Assembly: GCF_000392435.1 (NCBI RefSeq)
Contig: NC_021219.1
Coordinates: 330,001 to 362,000, forward strand
Length of the DNA stretch: 32,000 bases
From: Candidatus Saccharimonas aalborgensis
Lineage (GTDB): Bacteria; Patescibacteriota; Saccharimonadia; Saccharimonadales; Saccharimonadaceae
Reading direction: 5' to 3'
Positions within the stretch are counted from its first letter, which is position 1, and each line of letters begins with the position of its first letter. The translations under genes and the position numbers were made by a program. Below are positions 9,412 to 17,447 of this stretch, one piece after another. Below the pieces are notes generated by a model. It searched no databases. It was not told the DNA's origin and saw only the letters and a program-made list of their open reading frames with translations.

Positions 9412-10035
9412 ACGTATATCATCATAGCGGAACCCCTGTCTTAGCAGATATTGTGCTAGTTTTTGATCGTCAGCGTACCGAGAGCGTTTTTTTGCAATGA
9501 GCTTTTGTAACTCCGTAGCATCATCACGAAGGTTCTCTGCTATCATCCGCTCAACAATGTCTGGTTCTACCCCCTTTGACCTTAGTTCTACTTTAAGTTT
9601 GCGTAGGGAAGTACCTTTCCCTACGTTCCTATTCTCGAACCACCAACGCGCAAATTGTTCATCATCAAGGTAACGCTTATGTTGTAGTTTTTTCAACACC
9701 CTTGGCACGAGGGCAGGGGAGTAGCCGAGACGCTCCCTCAATTCTCCGCTTCTACTTTTGTATCTCGTAGCGATCGTTTTACGACGTAGGTAATCACGGA
9801 CTTCGCGCACACTGTGCGGTCGCATCAGGCAATATTCTAATGCCCGAGCATAGAGCTTGCCAAATTGACTCTCGATCTCGAGTTCAGCTACTTCGTCATT
9901 CTCTAGCTCCCTGCCAACTCTGACATTCAGATCGGTGATCTGCGAGACATCCAAACTAAACCGATACTTGCCGTCAATACTTACATTGACTCGATCAGGA
10001 TTTCTCACCTGAGACGAAAGGCTTGTTACTTTCAA
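9388..10035 (-). CDS. recX: RecA regulator RecX
   Basis: Immediately downstream of recA. Repeated three-helix RecX-type pattern (ARALEYCLMRPHSVREVRDYLRRK ...). TTG start preceded by GGGAGAAAAGGGA. The 3' end overlaps the convergent PRC-barrel gene by 24 nt. Confidence 0.8.
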   Translation of the reverse strand: MKVTSLSSQVRNPDRVNVSIDGKYRFSLDVSQITDLNVRVGRELENDEVAELEIESQFGKLYARALEYCLMRPHSVREVRDYLRRKTIATRYKSRSGELRERLGYSPALVPRVLKKLQHKRYLDDEQFARWWFENRNVGKGTSLRKLKVELRSKGVEPDIVERMIAENLRDDATELQKLIAKKRSRYADDQKLAQYLLRQGFRYDDIRLAIGLVD

Positions 10036-10073
10036 TTTCCCTTTTCTCCCGCTATTTCAACGCAAGGAAACCA

Positions 10074-11111
10074 CTATTCTTGCTCGCTCGAAACCTTTTC
10101 ACGTACTTTCTTCTCGATTTCAGCAAGTACAGCAGGATTTTCTTTGAGGTATTTTTTTGTTTGTTCCCGCCCCTGGCCAATCTTTGCGTCGGCATAATCG
10201 AACCACGCTCCGGATTTGCCAACAATACCGTGCTGGACACCCAGATCTAATACATCGCCAGTTTTTGAGATACCCTCGTTATACATGATGTCAAACTCTG
10301 CAACACGAAATGGCGGTGCAATCTTGTTCTTGACGATCTTTACTTTAGTACGATTACCAATGATCTCTTCGCCCTCTTTGATCTGACCGGTTCGACGAAT
10401 GTCAGCTCGAACCGACGCATAAAACTTGAGTGCATTACCACCTGTCGTCGTCTCTGGGTTACCAAACATAACGCCGATTTTCATGCGAATTTGGTTGATA
10501 AAGATAACCGTCGCCTTTGACTTATTGATGATGCCTGTTAGCTTTCGAAGCGCCTGACTCATGAGCCGCGCCTGGAGGCCCATATGACTGTCGCCCATAT
10601 CGCCGTCAATCTCAGCCTGCGGCACAAGAGCTGCGACGGAATCAACGACAATGAGATCAACGGCGTTTGAGCGCACGAGCGTCTCGACGATCTCGAGCGC
10701 CTGCTCACCGTTATCGGGCTGGCTGACGAGTAGGTTATCGGTGTCCACTCCAAGCTTCTTTGCATAGGAGGGATCGAGTGCATGCTCGGCATCAATAAAT
10801 GCCGCAGTGCCGCCTTGTTTTTGAATTTCAGCGATAGCGTGCAGCGTCAGCGTGGTCTTGCCCGAGCTTTCAGGACCATATACCTCAATAATACGGCCCT
10901 TTGGATAGCCGCCGCCAAGAGCAATGTCAAGGCTGAGACTACCGCTCGACAATAGTTCAACGTCAACTTTCTTTGCCTCACCCAATTTCATAATTGACCC
11001 ATCACCAAATTGCTTAGTGATCTGATCCATCGCGAGACCAAGCGCCTTTAACTTACCCTCGTTGGCAACTGGTTTTTCGGCCAATGTTTTACTGTCAGAC
11101 TGTTTTGCCAT
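10074..11111 (-). CDS. recA: Recombinase RecA
   Basis: Walker [10 protein letters not shown], then [20 protein letters not shown] and [32 protein letters not shown]. Unmistakable RecA, 345 aa. Confidence 0.97.
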   Translation of the reverse strand: MAKQSDSKTLAEKPVANEGKLKALGLAMDQITKQFGDGSIMKLGEAKKVDVELLSSGSLSLDIALGGGYPKGRIIEVYGPESSGKTTLTLHAIAEIQKQGGTAAFIDAEHALDPSYAKKLGVDTDNLLVSQPDNGEQALEIVETLVRSNAVDLIVVDSVAALVPQAEIDGDMGDSHMGLQARLMSQALRKLTGIINKSKATVIFINQIRMKIGVMFGNPETTTGGNALKFYASVRADIRRTGQIKEGEEIIGNRTKVKIVKNKIAPPFRVAEFDIMYNEGISKTGDVLDLGVQHGIVGKSGAWFDYADAKIGQGREQTKKYLKENPAVLAEIEKKVREKVSSEQE

Positions 11112-11161
11112 AAAACTCCCTCTTTTTACTCTCCTAATTATACCTCAGCAACCAAAGAGTT

Positions 11162-11170
11162 TGCTATAAT
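11162..11170 (+). promoter_or_regulatory. Extended -10 promoter TGCTATAAT for the pilin gene
   Basis: A perfect TGnTATAAT ends 7 nt before ATG 11178. It overlaps the first in-frame ATG (11169), which therefore cannot be the start if this promoter is used. Confidence 0.5.
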
Positions 11171-11177
11171 GAAGTCA

Positions 11178-11585
11178 ATGAAATCGATCAGACAAACCAG
11201 AGGGTTTACCGTCATTGAGCTGATAGTCGCTATCGTGCTCATTGGTATTGCTGGCTGGCTTTTTTATAGTGAGCGATTGAATGCCGATGCTATTCAACGC
11301 GACTCTGCCCGTAAAATTGCCATCAATGCAATGTACTATAATCTTGAGGAAGTCTACTACGCAAAAAATAACTACTACCCTACCTCCATTGACAGTAAGG
11401 TTCTGCGGGCTATGGATCCAGGGCTATTCACTGACCCCACCGGAACTTCAGTCGGCGAACTGGGCGCTAATTATACGTACGATGGGGCCAATTGCACGCC
11501 CGATGGCAAGTGTTCAGGATACACGCTACGATCAATCATGGAGCGCGAGGCAGATTACGTCAAAAAGAATCGCGCAACCAAATAA
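11178..11585 (+). CDS. Type IV pilin (prepilin with class III signal peptide)
   Basis: MKSIRQTRG|FTVIELIVAIVLIGIAG has a short basic leader ending in Gly, Phe at +1, Glu at +5 and a hydrophobic alpha1-N helix. A C-terminal Cys pair (CTPDGKC) is present. Start moved to the second ATG because of the promoter geometry. Confidence 0.85.
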   Translation: MKSIRQTRGFTVIELIVAIVLIGIAGWLFYSERLNADAIQRDSARKIAINAMYYNLEEVYYAKNNYYPTSIDSKVLRAMDPGLFTDPTGTSVGELGANYTYDGANCTPDGKCSGYTLRSIMEREADYVKKNRATK

Positions 11586-11605
11586 TAAAATTCTCCTTGC
11601 CGTCT

Positions 11606-12355
11606 CTATTTTCCGACCGGTCGACCGTTTTTGAAAGCTTCTACAGCATCTTTTAGGCTTGATGCGGCCTCTTTTGGAGCATGTACGTAGCTAAATATGT
11701 AGGGTACTTCGTCGTCCTTTGTGCCTACCTGCACGACACCATAGTTGAATATCTCTTGTATAATTCCCGTCTGACGATAGCTTACTTCTACGACATCACC
11801 TAGTCCCACCGATTTAACATTACTTGAGAAAAGCGATAGTTGCGTTTTTTCTATGATACTTTCGTTGGTCAAGAAAAAAAGATTGTTGACGTATACCCAG
11901 TAAAGAATGTAAAGTCCCGTTGCTATACCGACACAGAGTAGTACGCCGATAAGCAGTATAATGTTGTAATCAATGCTAGTAGGTAAGCGCATGCTGCTCG
12001 ATACCTGAGGATAAAGAATTGCCCCTGCAACAACCAGCGAAATAAAGATGACTGACATGATAACTGGGGCAAGCATTCCTATCATATTCCGCCGAACCGA
12101 GAGAATAACGAATTCGTGTTCACTTAGATCAAGCTGCGGGTACCGCCTGACTGACTTATCGTGCTTCTCCTGTAACTCTGGTGAAATCTCCTGCTTAAGC
12201 GGTTCAAGAGGTCGAGTAAGGTGAACAATGGTTGGCGGCACGACAGGTTGGCTTGTAACGTCCGTCTCCTCATCTGCTACTGGATGAGCGTAGAGAGGCT
12301 GACCGTCGGCATCATAGGCAACTGGCTTATCATAGTTCACCGGCTCGTCATTCAT
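11606..12355 (-). CDS. Membrane protein with bacterial PH (bPH_2, YdbS/YdbT-like) domain
   Basis: Acidic/Pro-rich N-terminus, two TM helices, then FFLTNESIIEKTQLSLFSSNVKSVGLGDVVEVSYRQTGIIQEIFNYGVVQVGT, which resembles the bPH_2 pattern. Confidence 0.55.
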   Translation of the reverse strand: MNDEPVNYDKPVAYDADGQPLYAHPVADEETDVTSQPVVPPTIVHLTRPLEPLKQEISPELQEKHDKSVRRYPQLDLSEHEFVILSVRRNMIGMLAPVIMSVIFISLVVAGAILYPQVSSSMRLPTSIDYNIILLIGVLLCVGIATGLYILYWVYVNNLFFLTNESIIEKTQLSLFSSNVKSVGLGDVVEVSYRQTGIIQEIFNYGVVQVGTKDDEVPYIFSYVHAPKEAASSLKDAVEAFKNGRPVGK

Positions 12356-12375
12356 GAGCTTATTATACTATATGG

Positions 12376-13386
12376 TCACGTATTTTTTACTTGTTTGCCA
12401 AGGTGCCGATAGGCGCGCTGCGTAACCCTTCTCCCCCTTGGAGTTCGTTCGATAAAACCAATTTTTAGTAAGTACGGTTCATAGAAATCCTCAATTGTCG
12501 TGGGCTCGTCGCCCGTAAGCGCCGCGATAGTGCTAAGGCCGACGGGGTTATCGCCATAGGCATCAATGATGGTTGAGATCATGTGGCGATCGGCTGGATC
12601 AAGCCCTTGTTCGTCAATCTCTAATAGCTCGAGTGCTTGGGTGGTCATAGAAAGGTCGATTATTCCATCACCATTCACGTCGGCATAGTCGCGGACACGT
12701 TTGAGCAAACGGTTGGCAATTCGCGGTGTGAGGCGTGCACGAGTACTTAATAGTACTGCTGCTTCCTCCTCGATCTTGCTACCAAGGATACCCGCAGAGC
12801 GTCTGAGGATCTCAGTAATTTCCTGGTGATTATAGAACTCAAGCCGATAGAGATGCCCGAAGCGGTCACGAAGTGGTGCGGCAAGCGCTCCCGTCCTTGT
12901 AGTGGCGCCGATGACGGTAAATCGAGGTAAATCGAGCCGAATACTTCGAGCGGCCGGGCCTTTTCCAATAACAATATCGAGTTTGAAATCCTCCATCGCC
13001 GCATAGAGAACTTCCTCAACGGTACGACTAAGGCGGTGAATCTCATCAATAAACAAAATATCTCCATCCTGTAAATTAGTGAGAATGCTCGCGAGGTCAC
13101 CAGCCCGTTCAATAGCCGGCCCAGAACTTATGCGTATCGTTGCTCCCATCTCGTTAGCAATCACTGTTGCCATCGTTGTTTTCCCAAGACCCGGAGGGCC
13201 ATAGAGCAAAATATGGTCGATAGGCTCACCGCGCTTTTTTGCTGCCGCGATACTGAGTTTGAGATTCTTTTTTAGCCGCTCTTGACCGATATATTCAGAA
13301 AACCGCTGCGGGCGCAGTGTCACTTCGATTTGCTGATCATCGTCATTATCACTTAGAGTTGTCTCTACAATTCGCTCAATAGCCAT
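12376..13386 (-). CDS. ruvB: Holliday junction branch migration helicase RuvB
   Basis: [15 protein letters not shown], Walker [10 protein letters not shown], Walker [10 protein letters not shown], sensor [10 protein letters not shown] 13386 ([10 protein letters not shown]) is preferred over the ORF-track start at 13446. Confidence 0.95.
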   Translation of the reverse strand: MAIERIVETTLSDNDDDQQIEVTLRPQRFSEYIGQERLKKNLKLSIAAAKKRGEPIDHILLYGPPGLGKTTMATVIANEMGATIRISSGPAIERAGDLASILTNLQDGDILFIDEIHRLSRTVEEVLYAAMEDFKLDIVIGKGPAARSIRLDLPRFTVIGATTRTGALAAPLRDRFGHLYRLEFYNHQEITEILRRSAGILGSKIEEEAAVLLSTRARLTPRIANRLLKRVRDYADVNGDGIIDLSMTTQALELLEIDEQGLDPADRHMISTIIDAYGDNPVGLSTIAALTGDEPTTIEDFYEPYLLKIGFIERTPRGRRVTQRAYRHLGKQVKNT

Positions 13387-13392
13387 GTATCT

Positions 13393-13401
13393 ATAGTAAC
13401 A
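13393..13401 (-). promoter_or_regulatory. Extended -10 promoter TGTTACTAT, 6 nt upstream of the ruvB ATG
   Basis: The minus strand reads TGTTACTAT-AGATAC-ATG. No Shine-Dalgarno can fit, which implies a leaderless ruvB mRNA. Confidence 0.45.
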
Positions 13402-13419
13402 GGTCTCGTGAAGGCTTTG

Positions 13420-13428
13420 TGGTATTAT
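13420..13428 (+). promoter_or_regulatory. Possible extended -10 (TGGTATTAT) for the orphan gene
   Basis: TGGTATTAT lies 10 nt upstream of ATG 13439. This is ambiguous because the intervening GGGAG (13429-13433) could instead be a Shine-Dalgarno for a transcript starting further upstream. Confidence 0.3.
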
Positions 13429-13438
13429 GGGAGTCGAT

Positions 13439-13906
13439 ATGGTCAATATATACGACCCGGCTCCGATCTATGACTCCCTGACACCGGGAATTACTGAGTG
13501 GAATGATGCTCGACCCGAGATTGCTCAGGCATTGGGGTTGTCACCAAAAAAATATTCAGATAAATATGCAATCAACCAAGTTATGCTTGCGCTGGCGGAA
13601 CAGGAGATCCCATACCGAGACTGGAGAGAAATAGGACAGCATGTCATCGACATGATTCGGCGATATCCGTTTCTCATGAACAGTTACTATCGTGTTGGCG
13701 ATACCCTACTACCATCAGGGATAGCTTTTGATAATCTGGTGGGCAATCATCACATCGACGACTTTCCTGCTTTATTTGGCCTTGGTGAATACGAAGGCCA
13801 CGGGTTACGCGGCGCGATCAATGGACGACAAACTCGTGATCCACGTAAGTCTTACCGCGGATTTTGCAGATCAGTTGGTCTCCCAAAGCCCTGGCCCGAT
13901 AACTAG
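13439..13906 (+). CDS. Hypothetical protein (orphan, 155 aa) between ruvB and ruvA on the opposite strand
   Basis: Long ORF with no overlap of real neighbouring CDSs except a shared CTAG stop with ruvA. GGGAG lies 5 nt upstream of ATG 13439. I recognise no motif, TM helix or signal peptide. Confidence 0.55.
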   Translation: MVNIYDPAPIYDSLTPGITEWNDARPEIAQALGLSPKKYSDKYAINQVMLALAEQEIPYRDWREIGQHVIDMIRRYPFLMNSYYRVGDTLLPSGIAFDNLVGNHHIDDFPALFGLGEYEGHGLRGAINGRQTRDPRKSYRGFCRSVGLPKPWPDN

Positions 13907-14478
13907 TGACCCTTGAGAGCCTCCCTCACGCGCTCGCTCGTGGGCAGTGTAGTATCGATCCCTTCAAGTGCCCGAGTCGCATCACTCAATGTGTAGCCGA
14001 GTGCGATGAGCGCCTCTAGTGCTTCATCACTCGTAGGCAATTCAGTCTGTACTCCACCGCGTTTTGCGTACACAATTGGCATCCCGACTTTATCTGATAA
14101 GTCGACCACCACGCGTTCTGCGGTTTTTTTGCCGACACCACTTGCGCCTGATATATAGGAGCTATCCGCGTTAGCAATTGCATTGCGCACGTGTTCGGCC
14201 TCACCAAGACTAAGAATTGCTAATGCGGCTTTTGGCCCGACTCCCTGCACAGTGATCAACATCTCAAACAACTTTTTTGCCGTCAGGCTACTAAATCCAA
14301 AGAGTTCTTCGGCCTGCTCACGAATATGGTGGTAGGTATAGAGCTTTGCTCGTTGATTGAGCGTAAAGGCGTCAAAATCAGCTAGCGTCACCGTTACTTC
14401 ATACCCCACTCCCCCGACATCAACAATCAGAGCATTCCCAAACTTCTCAGCGACAGTTCCCTCGACATGTGCAATCAT
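13903..14478 (-). CDS. ruvA: Holliday junction DNA helicase subunit RuvA
   Basis: MIAHVEGTVAEKFGNALIVDVGGVGYEV (OB-fold N-terminus), helix-hairpin-helix motifs (VQGVGPKAALAIL, ASGVGKKTAERVV) and C-terminal domain III. ATG 14478 lies just after the PBP stop at 14492. The ORF-track N-terminal extension overlaps the PBP gene. Confidence 0.93.
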   Translation of the reverse strand: MIAHVEGTVAEKFGNALIVDVGGVGYEVTVTLADFDAFTLNQRAKLYTYHHIREQAEELFGFSSLTAKKLFEMLITVQGVGPKAALAILSLGEAEHVRNAIANADSSYISGASGVGKKTAERVVVDLSDKVGMPIVYAKRGGVQTELPTSDEALEALIALGYTLSDATRALEGIDTTLPTSERVREALKGH

Positions 14479-14491
14479 ACGATCAATTATG

Positions 14492-16879
14492 TCACACTTT
14501 GTTGCAGTTTGCTGTATCGCTGGTATATCTTGTTCCGTCAAGTTGGGATTGATATATCGTGACAACCTGTCCAATTGATGTGTCGCAGGCCTGTATTTTA
14601 TTAGCGCCGGGTTCCTGATGACAGTTTGCAGTGTCGGTCGAGTATTGGTAGGTCGTATAGGTCGCTGCGTCAATCGATACGATGGTGCCATTTGATAAAT
14701 CACAGACCTGCATCTTTGGCGCTATGCAGTTTGTCGTATCTTTAGACTGTTTGGTCGTATCAAGTGCCGTCTCATTAATACTAATCACTTTCCCACTGCT
14801 AAGTTCGCAGACACTGATCATGGTTGGTTCAACATTACACGTCTCAGTCGGAAGGGCGCCTGACATAAAGTATTCCGTATAGGTATTTGGACCAGACTTT
14901 TCGGCTAAGCCACCATTCTTTGTACAAACCGACTTCTGGACGATACTCCTCGGCATGGTAAATGCTTTGTCGGGGATGGTTGCCAGGAGTTTTTTCATGG
15001 TATTTCTCCAAATCGGTCCCGCCATGTCTGACCCGCCGCTACGCATCACCGAGTTATCGTTGTTGCCCACCCACACGCCGACAACGTAGTCTTCTGTATA
15101 GCCAATCGTCCAGGCATCACGATTATCGTTCGTGGTTCCCGTCTTGACCGCAACGGTACGACCTGGCACTGTGAGGCTTGACCCAAATATAGGTGCACGA
15201 GCCGAATTGTCAGAGAGGATGCTCGATATCAAGTACGCACCTTCCTTGCTGATCGCCTGACGTACCACTGCGGGGCTAGACTCTACCTTACCACCAAACT
15301 TATCGTTTATTTCTTTGATGAGAGTTAGCTTACTGTATTGCTTACCACCATTAGCAAACGCTGCATAGGCATTTGCCATTTGCGCGAGAGGCACCTCAGC
15401 CGAACCAAGCGCAAGAGAAAGACCATAGTTTTTATCCTTGCTGACTGCTGAGACACCTAAGTTATTTGCTGCAACAATCGATTTGTCAATTGAATATTTT
15501 TGCATCACCTCAACACTTGGAATGTTGAGCGACTGGCTAATTGCTCTGCGTACCGAAATATCACCACGCTCTTTTTTGTCAGCATCGAGTGGTGTATAGT
15601 CACCACCAAATGTCGTCTTTACATCGTGAAGAATTGTCGCCGGAGTGATAACGCCATCAGCAAGTGCATACGCATAATAGATTGACTTAAATGTCGATGC
15701 GGGTTGACGTGCAGTCGTCACCATATTGACCTTACCCCACTGGGGATTATTGTAGTCTGCGCTCCCGATCAGTGCACGAACTTCTCCCGTTTTTGGATCA
15801 ATGACAATACCACTTGCATTGCTTCCTCCCATAGCAGTGATGTGACCCATCCCCGCGTTGAGACTTTCCTGTAGTGTCTGCTGGGTTGATAGATCAAGGG
15901 TTGTTTTTACCTGGTAGCCTGAGCGCATTACCTTTTCGTAGCCGTATTTTTCACTTAATTCAGCGATGACCATTTCTGCAAAATGCGGTGCTACTGAGTT
16001 GACTTGGCTCGCACCCGCCCCATACTTGAGCTCCTCGGCCAGAGCGGCAGACTTTTGCTCCTCGGTGATATAACCGTTCGTTACCATACGACTTAATACA
16101 GTCGTTTGTTGACGTTTTGCATACTGCGCGTTCCCGCTGATGGGCGAATACGCACTTGGCGCAGGCAGTAGGCCTATAAGCATCGCGCTTTCGGCAAGAT
16201 CGAGGTCATTAGGCGACTTGTTGAAATAAACTCGAGCAGCTTCCTCGATACCAAACGCATTCTCACCGAAATACACTGAGTTAAGATACATGTCAAGGAT
16301 TTGATCCTTGGTATAGGTCTGCTCAATGGCAATTGACATGGTCAACTCTTGATATTTACGAAATATACTTCGCTCATCACTGAGGAGAGTATTTTTTGCG
16401 AGCTGTTGGGTGATCGTGGACCCGCCACCAACTCCGGTAAACAAGGCCCGAACTGTACTGAGCAAATTGAAGCCGCCGTGTTTATAGAAATCCTTGTCTT
16501 CACTCGCTATCAGGGCATGTTTAACGTTATCTGATATTTGTGATAACGGTACCAAGGCACGATGCTCGGCTCGGCCGACACTATAAAACGTCTTACCGTT
16601 GATATCAGTGAGAACGATACCGGTGTTGTTTCGGTTCATGAGCCGTTCCTGGTCGGCGATATCATGAGCATACATAACGTACGTAATGATCGGCGTCGCG
16701 ATCAAAAAAATAAGTAGCGGGGAGAGCAAGACTAAGGTTTTCTTGCGCCAGCTTAAGTTACGAAACCAGACAAAGCGACCCTTATGGTGCGCTCCTGACC
16801 GCTTAGGACGAGATGCTCTCTTCATAGTTGAAAGGTTGGCATACCGACCCATCCGCGCTGGTGGTTTTTTTGTTTGCAT
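14492..16879 (-). CDS. ponA: Class A penicillin-binding protein (PBP1A: glycosyltransferase GT51 + transpeptidase) with a C-terminal Cys-bounded repeat region
   Basis: Basic cytoplasmic tail, TM anchor, GT51 motifs (ASEDKDFYKHGG, GGSTITQQLAKN, RKYQE), transpeptidase motifs (STFK, KTGTT). The C-terminal roughly 106 aa hold three copies of a repeat. Confidence 0.93.
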   Translation of the reverse strand: MQTKKPPARMGRYANLSTMKRASRPKRSGAHHKGRFVWFRNLSWRKKTLVLLSPLLIFLIATPIITYVMYAHDIADQERLMNRNNTGIVLTDINGKTFYSVGRAEHRALVPLSQISDNVKHALIASEDKDFYKHGGFNLLSTVRALFTGVGGGSTITQQLAKNTLLSDERSIFRKYQELTMSIAIEQTYTKDQILDMYLNSVYFGENAFGIEEAARVYFNKSPNDLDLAESAMLIGLLPAPSAYSPISGNAQYAKRQQTTVLSRMVTNGYITEEQKSAALAEELKYGAGASQVNSVAPHFAEMVIAELSEKYGYEKVMRSGYQVKTTLDLSTQQTLQESLNAGMGHITAMGGSNASGIVIDPKTGEVRALIGSADYNNPQWGKVNMVTTARQPASTFKSIYYAYALADGVITPATILHDVKTTFGGDYTPLDADKKERGDISVRRAISQSLNIPSVEVMQKYSIDKSIVAANNLGVSAVSKDKNYGLSLALGSAEVPLAQMANAYAAFANGGKQYSKLTLIKEINDKFGGKVESSPAVVRQAISKEGAYLISSILSDNSARAPIFGSSLTVPGRTVAVKTGTTNDNRDAWTIGYTEDYVVGVWVGNNDNSVMRSGGSDMAGPIWRNTMKKLLATIPDKAFTMPRSIVQKSVCTKNGGLAEKSGPNTYTEYFMSGALPTETCNVEPTMISVCELSSGKVISINETALDTTKQSKDTTNCIAPKMQVCDLSNGTIVSIDAATYTTYQYSTDTANCHQEPGANKIQACDTSIGQVVTIYQSQLDGTRYTSDTANCNKV
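14495..14812 (-). repeat. Three tandem coding repeats (C-x26-C modules) at the PBP1A C-terminus
   Basis: The three copies are VCELSSGKVISINETALDTTKQSKDTTNC, VCDLSNGTIVSIDAATYTTYQYSTDTANC and ACDTSIGQVVTIYQSQLDGTRYTSDTANC. The shared pattern is C[DE]xSxGxx[IV]x[IV]...[ST]xDT[TA]NC, with cysteines exactly 27 residues apart. Confidence 0.8.
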
Positions 16880-16897
16880 ACTTCCATTATACGCGGT

Positions 16898-17371
16898 TTA
16901 TAGTCGATTCATAACCGCACACATGAGGGCTGCGGCGAGAGCATCTGCGCAGTCGTCAGGCTTTGGCGCCTCAACAAGATTGAGGTGCAGACGCACCATT
17001 TCCTGCATTTGCTTTTTTGTTGCGCGGCCATACCCCGTTATGGTCTGTTTTATCTGGAGAGGGGTGTACTCCTCGATACTTAGGCCTGCCTGTTGTCCAG
17101 CCAACATGGCGACACCACGTGCATGTGAGACGCTCATCGCTGTCGTCACATTTTGATTAAAAAACAGTTTCTCTATCGCCATTAGTTGCGGTTTAGTCTC
17201 TTCAATAATTCCTTGTAGGCTCGTATATATTTCCTCGAGCCGCTCAGCGAGCGGAGTATGCGGAGGAGTTGTGATAGCCCCGGCGGTAACAAGCACGGTC
17301 TTTCCTGCGGTAACTTCGATAACTCCAAAGCCCATGATTCCTGTACCAGGGTCGATACCAATTATTCTCAT
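16898..17371 (-). CDS. ruvC: Holliday junction resolvase RuvC
   Basis: MRIIGIDPGTGIMGFGVIE (catalytic Asp), AIEKLFF, and GYGRATKKQMQ...DDCADALAAA. ATG 17371 is the true start. The ORF-track extension to 17608 overlaps the upstream gene. Confidence 0.93.
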   Translation of the reverse strand: MRIIGIDPGTGIMGFGVIEVTAGKTVLVTAGAITTPPHTPLAERLEEIYTSLQGIIEETKPQLMAIEKLFFNQNVTTAMSVSHARGVAMLAGQQAGLSIEEYTPLQIKQTITGYGRATKKQMQEMVRLHLNLVEAPKPDDCADALAAALMCAVMNRL

Positions 17372-17447
17372 AGTGAGGCTATCCTTGTCTTTATTAGTTA
17401 CAGCGAAATGACGGTTGCCGTTACTCTCGTACTCAGTATAGCGCGTA

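Noticed and set aside
10023-10250. Short ORFs (62-75 aa) spanning the recA-recX junction on both strands
   Set aside because: They overlap the 3' end of recA and the recX ribosome-binding region. They have low-complexity sequence and no independent start signals.
11112-11168. SOS (LexA) operator upstream of recA
   Set aside because: Neither a CTGT-N8-ACAG nor a GAAC-N4-GTTC type palindrome is present in the recA upstream region. Only a TATAAT box and a Shine-Dalgarno were seen.
13903-14703. Long N-terminal extensions in the ORF track for ruvA (to 14703), ruvC (to 17608), ruvB (to 13446), dnaK (to 30581), dnaJ (to 25810) and yebC (to 19911)
   Set aside because: The extensions overlap upstream genes or regulatory elements and add non-homologous residues. 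The canonical family N-termini begin at internal ATGs, several of which have Shine-Dalgarno or -10 support.
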